Below, in pieces: positions 35,908 to 44,775 of a DNA stretch of 46,717 nucleotides. The stretch is from Candidatus Dojkabacteria bacterium. GTDB lineage: Bacteria > Patescibacteriota > Dojkabacteria > SC72. Position numbers and translations under genes: made by a program. The number at the start of each line of letters is the position of its first letter. Position 1 is the stretch's first letter. The notes under the pieces were generated by a model. It was not told where the DNA came from, did not search any database, and saw only the letters and a program-made list of their open reading frames with translations. Where the stretch lies: the NCBI GenBank assembly GCA_018056375.1, contig JAGPFQ010000001.1, forward strand, positions 598,137 to 644,853, in the 5' to 3' direction.

Positions 35908-36783
35908 ATGTTCGGTTGGATTTGGCAAAATGTTTTTTACAATCCCGTACTTAACCTCTCAATGGTTCTTTATCATCTCTTGGGAGACAACTTAGGTTGG
36001 GTAATTATTGTTCTAGCAATCTTCTTTAGGTTGTTACTTCTTCCTCTTGTAAAAAAACAGAATGAAATGTCAAGGAAGATGACAGCTTTAAAACCACAAT
36101 TAGATGCTCTACAAAAGAAATATGGAAATAATCAAGAGAAGCTGGCTCAAGAACAAATGAAACTATACAAGAAGGTTGGATACAATCCTTTTGGTTGTTT
36201 TGCTACAATCCTTCCTCAATTTTTCATTCTAATTTTACTAAGCAATGTTATTAGAAACATTGGTGCTGATAATCTTACCGGAATATACCCATTTGTTCAT
36301 AACTGGATATCAGGAGGTAAAGAAATTGTTGTGAATATGGGTTTTTGGGGGATGGATTTGACAAAAATGTTTACACAGATAACACCTAAGTTTGGTAAAG
36401 AAGGATTAGGATATCTTGTTCTTGCTATTGTTGTTGGTCTATCTCAATTTGCAGCATCAAAGATTACAATGGTGATGCAACAAAACATAACAGGACAAGA
36501 TGCGAAAAAGAAGAAAGAGGTAAAAAAGAAGAAGATGACAAAGGATGAAGAAACAATACAAAAGGTACAAGATGGTTTATCCCAATCTACAGCATATATT
36601 TTACCTGCTATGACAGTGATTTTAGCAATCCGTATGCCAGCATATTTAAGTATTTACTGGATAGCACAATCTCTTGCTTTGGTTTTGCAATATATGATTT
36701 TGGATTGGGATAAATCAAAAGAAGGTGTTCAAAACTTCTTTACTCAACTCAAAAAGAAAAAAGATCTCAAACCAGAGAAGTAG
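35908..36783 (+). CDS. yidC: Membrane protein insertase YidC (short form)
   Basis: LGWVIIVLAIFFRLLLLPL, LKPQLDALQKKY, QEQMKLYKKVGYNPFGC, PAYLSIYW. Confidence 0.95.
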   Translation: MFGWIWQNVFYNPVLNLSMVLYHLLGDNLGWVIIVLAIFFRLLLLPLVKKQNEMSRKMTALKPQLDALQKKYGNNQEKLAQEQMKLYKKVGYNPFGCFATILPQFFILILLSNVIRNIGADNLTGIYPFVHNWISGGKEIVVNMGFWGMDLTKMFTQITPKFGKEGLGYLVLAIVVGLSQFAASKITMVMQQNITGQDAKKKKEVKKKKMTKDEETIQKVQDGLSQSTAYILPAMTVILAIRMPAYLSIYWIAQSLALVLQYMILDWDKSKEGVQNFFTQLKKKKDLKPEK

Positions 36784-36832
36784 CATATCTGTTTCTGCCC
36801 TTACTAAGAAATTAATTTTAAAATAATTTTTT

Positions 36833-37309
36833 ATGAAAGAGAAAGATTTACTTAAAATTGTTGAAGGAGAAGTAGAGACACTATGCTCTTTACTAGGGGT
36901 CGATAGCGAAAGAAATTTTGTAGTCGAGGATGGAGAAGAAGGTATGAGATATATAAAGATTTCATTTGAAGGAGAGGATTTGGGATATATGATTGGTAAT
37001 AAAGGAAGACATTTAGATTCTCTTCAATTTATTCTTCAAATTATCCTTGGTAGAAAACTAGAGGGTGTAGATTTTAGAGTTTTTGTAGATGTAGGTGGTT
37101 ACAGAAAAGAGAAAGATGAGAAAATTGTACAAATGGCTTTAGAGAAAGCAGATAATGTTAGGATTTTAGGAGAAGCAGTAGAGCTTCCACCAATGAAACC
37201 ATCAGATAGGAGAATTGTTCATCTTGCACTTATGAAGTTTAAAGATATTACAACAGAGAGTGAGGGAGAAGGTAAAGATAGAAGGATTGTTATTAAGCCA
37301 GTTAAGTAA
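36833..37309 (+). CDS. jag: Jag/KhpB RNA-binding protein (KH plus R3H, no Jag_N)
   Basis: GYMIGNKGRHLDSLQ, DVGGYRK, LPPMKPSDRRIVH, TESEGEGKDRRIVI. Confidence 0.92.
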   Translation: MKEKDLLKIVEGEVETLCSLLGVDSERNFVVEDGEEGMRYIKISFEGEDLGYMIGNKGRHLDSLQFILQIILGRKLEGVDFRVFVDVGGYRKEKDEKIVQMALEKADNVRILGEAVELPPMKPSDRRIVHLALMKFKDITTESEGEGKDRRIVIKPVK

Positions 37310-37321
37310 ATAATTGATTAG

Positions 37322-38728
37322 ATGAAATTAAAGAAACTTTCTAAAAAAGATGTTTTAACAATATCTTTGTTTTTAGTAGTTTTTCTTTTAACAATACCAT
37401 TCGCTAAAGAATCTATAGGCAGAATTCTTATTATTGAAATTTCCATTCTAATATATCTAACAATATTTCTTTTTTATAGAAGCACATTTCTTTCTTTTGT
37501 ATTTTTACTATTTCTAGTACTACCATTCAATATTACATATCAGATACCTATACCTGTAGAGCAAAGTATGTCTAACGGTTTGATAGTTAATTACTTAATT
37601 CCTACGATATCAATACTAGATTTAGTTGTGGGAATATTTTTAGCATTAGTGTTTTTACAAGAAGGTTTTACTTTCTTTAAGAAAGTATTTTACAAATACA
37701 AATTAGGTTTGATTGTATTTTTCGTTTTTCTTCTAATTCAAAACATTTTTCTACAAAACCCATTAAGTATTTTGAACAGTGTAAGACTATTCTCGTATCT
37801 TTTAGCATTCATTTTGATATTAGAAAAAATACCTATAAAAAAGAAAACAATTTCTCCTACTCTGTTTTCGGCACCCCTCTTAGTTTCTGTGCTAGTCCAA
37901 GGAATTATCGGTTTAAAACAATTTTTAAGAGGAGTGTCTTTAGGTTGGGATTTTCTAGGAGAATCCCAAGTTTCAACTACAATGCTTGGCTCTAGTTTTA
38001 TTAGTTTAAACTCAGGGTCTTTTCTTAGAGCTTACGGTACATTTCCACATCCTAATGTTTTAGGAGGTTTTTTTCTTTTAACTTTTTTTACTTCACTTTT
38101 TCTTTTTAAGATATCAACAGGTAAAGAGAAAACTTTACCGATTATTACAATGATTCTCTCTGTATGTTTTTCCTTTTTAACATTTTCAAGAACAGTTATA
38201 GTTCTCTTTCTTTTAGTACTGTTTGTAATATTAATTAAAATAATCTTTGTTAAGAAAAAGATTAATGGTTTTTTACCTATGATTTTGTTTGAGAGATTTT
38301 TTCAAGGATTTAAAGAGATAGATAGTAGTTTAGTTGATAGAAGAAATCTAATTAAATCCGGATATCTAGTGTTTAAAGAAAACTTTCTTTTGGGTACAGG
38401 GTTAGGTAATTTTGTTAGAGAGATGGGTGTGAATGCACCTAAGACTGTAAAGGGAATGTCTTTGATGCAACCTGTACATAATGTTTTTTTGCTTTTACTA
38501 TGTGAATTAGGAGTATTTGGTTTTTTATCTTTTCTGTTTTTAATATTTGATATTTTAAGGAAGAATATTAAGAGAGTAACTCTTTTTGGGATATTAATCT
38601 GTTTGGTTATTATTACTATTAGTTTAGTAGATCACTATTTTGTTTCTTTACCACAAGGTTTGATGATGTTACTGATTATGCTCTCTCTTATTATCTTTGA
38701 GTCAAAAACAAACAGATTACTTAGGTGA
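37322..38728 (+). CDS. O-antigen ligase-like / Wzy_C oligosaccharyltransferase family membrane protein
   Basis: Many TMs; RAYGTFPHPN, TFSR, GTGLGNF, PVHNVFLLLLCELG. Confidence 0.85.
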   Translation: MKLKKLSKKDVLTISLFLVVFLLTIPFAKESIGRILIIEISILIYLTIFLFYRSTFLSFVFLLFLVLPFNITYQIPIPVEQSMSNGLIVNYLIPTISILDLVVGIFLALVFLQEGFTFFKKVFYKYKLGLIVFFVFLLIQNIFLQNPLSILNSVRLFSYLLAFILILEKIPIKKKTISPTLFSAPLLVSVLVQGIIGLKQFLRGVSLGWDFLGESQVSTTMLGSSFISLNSGSFLRAYGTFPHPNVLGGFFLLTFFTSLFLFKISTGKEKTLPIITMILSVCFSFLTFSRTVIVLFLLVLFVILIKIIFVKKKINGFLPMILFERFFQGFKEIDSSLVDRRNLIKSGYLVFKENFLLGTGLGNFVREMGVNAPKTVKGMSLMQPVHNVFLLLLCELGVFGFLSFLFLIFDILRKNIKRVTLFGILICLVIITISLVDHYFVSLPQGLMMLLIMLSLIIFESKTNRLLR

Positions 38729-38736
38729 GTATTATT

Positions 38737-39414
38737 CTATTCGTTACCCTCTGTTTCTACACTCTCCACTTCCCATATGTAATAATAATTGTTAGGTGAG
38801 TGTTGCCCTATATCATTAATTCTGTAAAAGTTTAAACCAATCTCATTTTCGTAATAACCTTGGTTTTCCCAGACAACAGGCATCAATTCTCTGTAAAAGT
38901 GACCCCATTCAATTGCTGTATCTTGAATATCTACAGAATTGTCCCCCCATGAATCAGCTCCCCCTTTCCACCAGAATTGTGCTAAAGGTTTTGGTAGCTG
39001 GAAAACAAGTAGCAGGTTCTCCTTTTTTATATAGCTGTCGAAGAAGTTGAATCCTGTTAGGATATCTTTTGATGCTTCTGCATCTGCTATTAGAAAAGAA
39101 GGAAGATTAAAATTCTTTTCTTCTATGTAATGTTTTATAGAAGCAGGAATTTCTCTTCGGTTGTTACTGTATTCATTGAGTAAAAATAAAAAAGTGTTTT
39201 CAAATTCTGTTGTAAGTTCAGTACAGAAGCTTTTTGTTTTCTCAAGACAATCTTGTTTCTTTTCACTTGTCTGACTGTTTTCTATCAAAATCTTGATATT
39301 TTGTGGTGTTTTTCTCTCTTCTCTGTTTTCGTTAAGGTCTAAAATATCTTCTATATTTCTTGTTCCCTCTTGTTCCATAATCTTTGTAAGTTGTGAATGT
39401 TGTACAAATCTCAT
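38737..39414 (-). CDS. Hypothetical protein, paralog of 355..924
   Basis: 225-aa ORF (alternative start 39378); C-terminus WENQGYYENEIGLNFYRINDIGQHSPNNYYYIWEV. Confidence 0.75.
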   Translation of the reverse strand: MRFVQHSQLTKIMEQEGTRNIEDILDLNENREERKTPQNIKILIENSQTSEKKQDCLEKTKSFCTELTTEFENTFLFLLNEYSNNRREIPASIKHYIEEKNFNLPSFLIADAEASKDILTGFNFFDSYIKKENLLLVFQLPKPLAQFWWKGGADSWGDNSVDIQDTAIEWGHFYRELMPVVWENQGYYENEIGLNFYRINDIGQHSPNNYYYIWEVESVETEGNE

Positions 39415-39438
39415 TTTAAAATCTTTATTAATAACTCG

Positions 39439-39528
39439 TGGCGGAGAGAGTGGGATTCGAACCCACGGTATGATTACTCATACGAACGCTTTCCAAGCGT
39501 TTCCTTTCGACCACTCAGGCATCTCTCC
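39439..39528 (-). tRNA. tRNA-Ser(GGA)
   Basis: 90 nt, long variable arm, AACGC-TTGGAAA-GCGTT, encoded CCA. Confidence 0.95.
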
Positions 39529-39662
39529 AATGTGAGCATTCTACCAAATATTATTGATTTCATCTAGAATCAGGAATATTTATACAACCAAAGGTGTGAT
39601 TGTATTTTAAATAGCCCTTAGAAGAGCCCACAACACCATTTTAAGAGACGAAAACAATAAAG

Positions 39663-39739
39663 TGGCGTACCTGGCAGGAATCGAACCTACAACCTACTGC
39701 TTAGAAGGCAGTTGCTCTATCCGGTTGAGCTACAGGTAC
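39663..39739 (-). tRNA. tRNA-Arg(TCT)
   Basis: 77 nt, ACTGC-CTTCTAA-GCAGT, T-loop TTCGATT, encoded CCA. Confidence 0.95.
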
Positions 39740-39783
39740 ATTACGGTGGTATTTTACCAAAAAATATACGAAAGAGGAAGATA

Positions 39784-41532
39784 CTAGTGTACTTTAGTGA
39801 ATTCTATACTGATTCCACCTTGTCTTGTTGGAAAATATTTCAATCTTTTAGGGAAATTCTTTGGTTCAAAGACAACCTCTGTTTCTTTCTCAGAAAATAT
39901 AAAACCCTCTAAAACTTTTAATCCTTCTTCCCACTTTTTACCTTTCAAAGCATTTACAACACTTTCCTTCTCAACCATTGGTTGAACAATACCTTTTGCA
40001 ACTAACTTAACCTTTGTGCTCTTTGGAGTGCTCTCTACAACATTAACCTCTGTTTCCATATCATCACTTAAAGTTAAAGTCAGGTCGCTTTCTGTTTCAA
40101 AGAGATTTTTAGCTTCTGCTTCCTTTGCTAGAAGTTCTGCTATCTTCTTTTCAAAACCTTCTTTCATGTAGAAGGTTGCAGTACTTTTGATCTTTATATC
40201 CAAAGTGACATCAGTAGCTTCTTCTCCTACTTTAACACTTGTTTTTATACTGTCTTTTTCAATCTCACTTTTGATAGAATCATCTATTATTTGCCAAGAT
40301 CCACCTGACTTATCTTTTAATTCCTGCTCTCCTTCATCAAATGAAATCTTTTTTAACTCTTCTACAGCAGTGTTAACATCTCCAGCTGTGAGGACTGTGT
40401 ATTCTTCTTTCAAACCGCCTGTGAAAGGTTGTGTAGAATTCCCCGTAAGGTCTGTTGGAGCATAGTTTTGTACAGAGAAGGAGGTTGTTTTTAAGTTGTA
40501 TTCTTCACCAATATCGTTAGCGATAACTGAGACACTTTTAACCTGTTCTGCACAGGATAGGGTTATACTCTCTTCTGTCCTAAAAATCTTTCCAGCATCA
40601 GACGTTAAAGTATGACCTGCTGGTAAAGTGACAGACTGGGAGCAATCCTCTGTGTTGAGATAGAAGATAGAAACAGTTCCTTTAGCTTTTTCACCCTTGT
40701 ATGCTTTACCTGTAGCTCTAACATTTGAAGACCTCTCTTTTTCTACACTTTCTGTTTTTATTGGAATTTTGTCTGCTTCGAAATCTATTTCTTTAATATT
40801 TTCATCCCCTGTTAATACTTTTTCAACAGTTGCTTCTTTTGATTCAAGGTAAATTCGAATCCTAACAAAAGGAGCTGTTTTGTAGTATATGAAGAGAATG
40901 AGAAATGCTATTAAGAAAAGCCCTACTCCACCAATGAAAAAGAATTTCTTGTTTCTTTGCCACCACTCTTGTTTTCCTTCCTGTTTTAAAGTTATACCCT
41001 TCTCCTTTTTCTTACTCATATCTTTTTCTCTGTCGATAGAACTAAAGTCTTTTATAGAAAAGTCTGGTTTTTCTTCAGGAGTAGCCTCTTCATTCTCCTC
41101 AAAGGTTTGAGGTATGTCTTCATCTATCATAATTAAACCTTTTCCTTGTTCCTCATTTTCTTTTGAGGTTCTTTCTTTTTCCTCTACTTTTACTGGTTTT
41201 TCTTTTGTTAGTCTTTCAGTTCTTTTTTCAATTTCTCTCTCCCAAATATCTTCAGTGGGTAAAGCAGTAGTCTCTATTGCTGTAATACCAGCTAAATTAG
41301 CATTTCTTACTCCTGTTGGATTTTTAATAATTTGAGCTATTAAATATTTTTCCTGTTCATCGGCTGTTTCTAGGATGACTTTTAGATTTATTGGGCTAAT
41401 CAGTAGATCGGAATCTTCTGCAAATGTTAATACTATTTTGTTGTTTTTTGATTCTATTATGCTTGTTACAATATCTGTAAGTTCATCTTCCTTACTTACT
41501 ACTACTTTTGTAATTCTTTTGTTATCTTCCAT
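39784..41532 (-). CDS. Bitopic membrane protein with baseplate J/gp47-like extracellular region
   Basis: Cytoplasmic N-domain, acidic linker, one TM (FFFIGGVGLFLIAFLILFIYY), then KAKGTVSIF...TLPAGHTL...F.T...VSVIANDIGEEYNL. Confidence 0.75.
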   Translation of the reverse strand: MEDNKRITKVVVSKEDELTDIVTSIIESKNNKIVLTFAEDSDLLISPINLKVILETADEQEKYLIAQIIKNPTGVRNANLAGITAIETTALPTEDIWEREIEKRTERLTKEKPVKVEEKERTSKENEEQGKGLIMIDEDIPQTFEENEEATPEEKPDFSIKDFSSIDREKDMSKKKEKGITLKQEGKQEWWQRNKKFFFIGGVGLFLIAFLILFIYYKTAPFVRIRIYLESKEATVEKVLTGDENIKEIDFEADKIPIKTESVEKERSSNVRATGKAYKGEKAKGTVSIFYLNTEDCSQSVTLPAGHTLTSDAGKIFRTEESITLSCAEQVKSVSVIANDIGEEYNLKTTSFSVQNYAPTDLTGNSTQPFTGGLKEEYTVLTAGDVNTAVEELKKISFDEGEQELKDKSGGSWQIIDDSIKSEIEKDSIKTSVKVGEEATDVTLDIKIKSTATFYMKEGFEKKIAELLAKEAEAKNLFETESDLTLTLSDDMETEVNVVESTPKSTKVKLVAKGIVQPMVEKESVVNALKGKKWEEGLKVLEGFIFSEKETEVVFEPKNFPKRLKYFPTRQGGISIEFTKVH

Positions 41533-42766
41533 TTGTTACATCCTCCTTTTTAATATCATATACAAATTTTGCTAAAGAAGCAGGTGTAATGTCAAACACA
41601 TTTCTTAAATCTTTGCTAGTATCTGTAATGTTTTCAAGCTTCTCTGGTGTAAAGAACTCAATTTTAGGAACAACTGCAAAGGGTAGAGTTTTTTTCCAGG
41701 GGAATTCAAGCATAACTTCTTTAATTTCAGGTAAAAGGGAACCTCCTCCACACAGATATATTTGAGGAGGAAAAGAGGATATCCCCTGACATGTTTCTAG
41801 CGCGGTTTTTACTGTTCTCATCCAAAGTCTTCCTACGGGATATACAATTTTTTGTACTTCTCTAGACAAGTCTTTGTTTAATTCTTTCTTTGCATATTTT
41901 ATCTTTCTTTGTTCAGCTATTCTGTATTCTAAGTTTAGAATCTTTGCTAGTTCTTTTGTAAATGTTCTACCTCCAAAAGCAAACATTTTTGTTTCTACAA
42001 CATTACCTTTTTCAACCACAGCAATATCTGTTGTTCCTCCACCTATATCCATAAAAATGGCAGAGAAATCTCTATTAGATGATCCTGTAAATGCCCTTGC
42101 TACTGCGAATGGTTGAGATACTATTCCAATGACATTTAGTTCTAGATTAGAAGCAACTTTTCTTAAAGACTCAACATATGTTTTTGGTGCAAAAGAAGCA
42201 TAGTAATGAAGTTTTACATCTTTTCCTTTGTATCCAACAAGTGAATCTACAGGCATTCCTCCTATTTCAACACCAGTTTTTGTTAGATGTAAGAACTCAA
42301 TATCTTCATTGACCAACCCTATTCTTTGTCCTAAATCTTCTTTACCGTGAGCCTCTATTTTAGCTTCTATTTGTCCAATTATTTTATCTTCTTCTCTTTG
42401 TGTTACCTCTTTTTCATAGTTTTCATCTCTTTGATAGTTTACTGAGATGGATACACCTTGGATATATTCACCCGCTATCCCCATTACAATATGTTTTGGG
42501 TATTCTTCTTCGTCTAATCTATCTGTAAGGGAGGTCATAGTTAATCTGCAGTTTGTTAACACTGTGTCTAGGTTTGTAATGATGCCACTTCTCATCGCAT
42601 GTTGTTGTTGCTCAATTCTGGAAACTGTCTCGATATTAACTCCTAATTTGTCTATATTAAACAGAACTCCTTTTAGTTGTTCTGTCCCGATATCTAAGGC
42701 AACAATGTTGTCTTTTGTATTTAGTTTGTTTCTAGAGTTGTTTGTAAAAAAAGGCAGGTTAAACAT
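41522..42766 (-). CDS. FtsA-like actin-fold ATPase
   Basis: VALDIGT, FMDIGGGTTD, GGRTFT, LCGGGSLL; 1C-type insertion; not linked to ftsZ in this window. Confidence 0.85.
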   Translation of the reverse strand: MFNLPFFTNNSRNKLNTKDNIVALDIGTEQLKGVLFNIDKLGVNIETVSRIEQQQHAMRSGIITNLDTVLTNCRLTMTSLTDRLDEEEYPKHIVMGIAGEYIQGVSISVNYQRDENYEKEVTQREEDKIIGQIEAKIEAHGKEDLGQRIGLVNEDIEFLHLTKTGVEIGGMPVDSLVGYKGKDVKLHYYASFAPKTYVESLRKVASNLELNVIGIVSQPFAVARAFTGSSNRDFSAIFMDIGGGTTDIAVVEKGNVVETKMFAFGGRTFTKELAKILNLEYRIAEQRKIKYAKKELNKDLSREVQKIVYPVGRLWMRTVKTALETCQGISSFPPQIYLCGGGSLLPEIKEVMLEFPWKKTLPFAVVPKIEFFTPEKLENITDTSKDLRNVFDITPASLAKFVYDIKKEDVTNGR

Positions 42767-42825
42767 ATATGGATTAGTATAGCATATTTTGGAAGAAACA
42801 AATAAATTGGGTGATAATATTAGTG

Positions 42826-44544
42826 TTAAATGACAGCTACTGTAATAATAGGCTCTCTTTCAGTCTTTTTGTATATTAATTTACCAACATCTTTTTCTAC
42901 CATATTCTTTAGACTCTCCCAATCGTTTTTCTTCTTAGTACCTTTTTGTACATACTGTTTCTTCCCTTGTGTTTCCAACCAGCCTCTGTGAGTATCAAAA
43001 ACGACGTTAGTAATTTCTTTTAGTAACTCTTGTGAATGTTTGAAGTAGATAAAGCCTCTGGAGAGATATCGGGGTTTACCAAGAATTTTGTTTGTTTTTG
43101 CACTTAGGTTGAGGATGATGAAAAACATTCCGTATTCAGAAAGTTGTTTTCTATCTTTAAGTACCATGTCTCCAATATCTCCTACACCTAACCCATCTAT
43201 CATAATCGGCTTGGATTCTACTTTCTTTCCTCTTTTCCAATATTTTCCATTGTATTCCCACATCTGTCCATCGTCAGTTAAGAAGATGTTGTTAGGATTG
43301 AAACCTAGTTTTTCTAACTGTAGTTTATTGAAATATCTAAAGGTTAGAGAGCCGTGTATAGGCATTATGTTTCTAGGTTTAATGAACTCAACCATAGCTC
43401 TTATATCATCTTGATTCCCATGTCCTGTGGAATGGATTTTCATGTCTATACTGTCTTTTATCAAATCTGCCCCTAATGCTATTAATCGGTCTGTCATTCT
43501 CTCTATATTTGATATATTTTCTGGGATTTCCGAAGAGGACATAATTACTAGATCTCCCTTTTTGATTTTAATTCTAGGATGTTCGTTTAAAGAAACCCTG
43601 TTTAGTACCGCAAACCTCTCTCCTTGGCTTCCTGTACAGAGGATTAAAAGTTTTTCATCTAGGTATTTGTTTATATCTTTTTCTTTAATGAACAAGTCAT
43701 CTTCTACCCTGATGTATCTTCTCTCCCTTGCAATCTTGATTGATTGATCAAGACTTCTTCCTGCAAGTAGAACCTTTCTGTCGGTCTTTTTTGCTATTTC
43801 TATTAGCGAGTAGAGTCTTGTAATTAACGAAGAGAAAGCAGAAACAATTACTCTCCCCTTGTGTTTCGATATTATCTCTTCCAAGTTTTTTGAAACCTCA
43901 CTTTCCGAAGGAGCTTTACCAGGAACTGTTGCATTAGTGCTTTCTATTAATGCTAAATCCACTCTTCCTCTTAACTCTTTTAGTTTTTCGTAGTCTGATT
44001 GTGGTTCGTTTGCAGGTTTTGTATCAAATTTGAAATCTCCAGAGAAGAAAACATTTCCTTTTGGAGATTCTATGAAGATTGAGAAGGAGTCAGGAATACT
44101 GTGATTTATACCGATGAAGGTTGCTTTGAAATACTTACCAATCCTGATTTTTGATTTCCTGTCAACACCGACAATCTTAACTTTTTTCTCGATCTTGTAT
44201 TCTTTCATTTTCTCCTCTATGAGTGCTTTTGCAAAGCCACCTGCATAGATTGGAGGGTAGTCTAGTTCTGGTAAAATCCATCTTAGAGCCCCTATATGAT
44301 CTAAGTGCCCGTGTGTTATGAGGATAGCTTTAATATTCTTTTTTTGTTTTTTAAGATATGAGACATTAGGAATTAGATAGTCTATGCCGTACATCTCTTG
44401 TCCTGGGAAGGAATATCCAGCATCTATCATTACAATCTCATCTTTGTATTGGACAAAATTACAATTCCTACCAATTTCAGTTGTTCCTGATAATGTGCAT
44501 AGCTTTAGCAAATCCTGACCTCTTGAGTGATTTTTTCTTTTCAT
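42826..44544 (-). CDS. rnj: Ribonuclease J
   Basis: ITHGHLDHIG, NHSIPD, SGDFK, CTGSQGE, IHSTGHG, PIHG. Confidence 0.96.
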   Translation of the reverse strand: MKRKNHSRGQDLLKLCTLSGTTEIGRNCNFVQYKDEIVMIDAGYSFPGQEMYGIDYLIPNVSYLKKQKKNIKAILITHGHLDHIGALRWILPELDYPPIYAGGFAKALIEEKMKEYKIEKKVKIVGVDRKSKIRIGKYFKATFIGINHSIPDSFSIFIESPKGNVFFSGDFKFDTKPANEPQSDYEKLKELRGRVDLALIESTNATVPGKAPSESEVSKNLEEIISKHKGRVIVSAFSSLITRLYSLIEIAKKTDRKVLLAGRSLDQSIKIARERRYIRVEDDLFIKEKDINKYLDEKLLILCTGSQGERFAVLNRVSLNEHPRIKIKKGDLVIMSSSEIPENISNIERMTDRLIALGADLIKDSIDMKIHSTGHGNQDDIRAMVEFIKPRNIMPIHGSLTFRYFNKLQLEKLGFNPNNIFLTDDGQMWEYNGKYWKRGKKVESKPIMIDGLGVGDIGDMVLKDRKQLSEYGMFFIILNLSAKTNKILGKPRYLSRGFIYFKHSQELLKEITNVVFDTHRGWLETQGKKQYVQKGTKKKNDWESLKNMVEKDVGKLIYKKTEREPIITVAVI

Positions 44545-44775
44545 ATCTCGGGTATTATATCATGTTCTTCAAGGTGAGGTATGATGCACATGAACATTGC
44601 AGAATTGTTTCAGAATCCATGTAAGGAAAATGGTGGTATAAAGGTGCTTTTTGCAAGTTCGTTTCATGAGAGACTGTTTTTGGCTGAAGAACAAGCTTTT
44701 TATAGTTTCGTGAGAGATAGCTGTTGTTTTTAGGTTGTTTTGTACTATAAACAATTTTCTTGATATAATCCGATT

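Noticed and set aside
27824-39528. Two similar tRNA-Ser genes as att repeats flanking a mobile element
   Set aside because: Both are complete tRNAs with different anticodons and own promoters, and the enclosed DNA is the core oriC region.
39784-41532. Phage tail, T6SS or contractile injection system
   Set aside because: Only a baseplate-J-like region on a membrane protein; no sheath, tube, spike or other baseplate genes.
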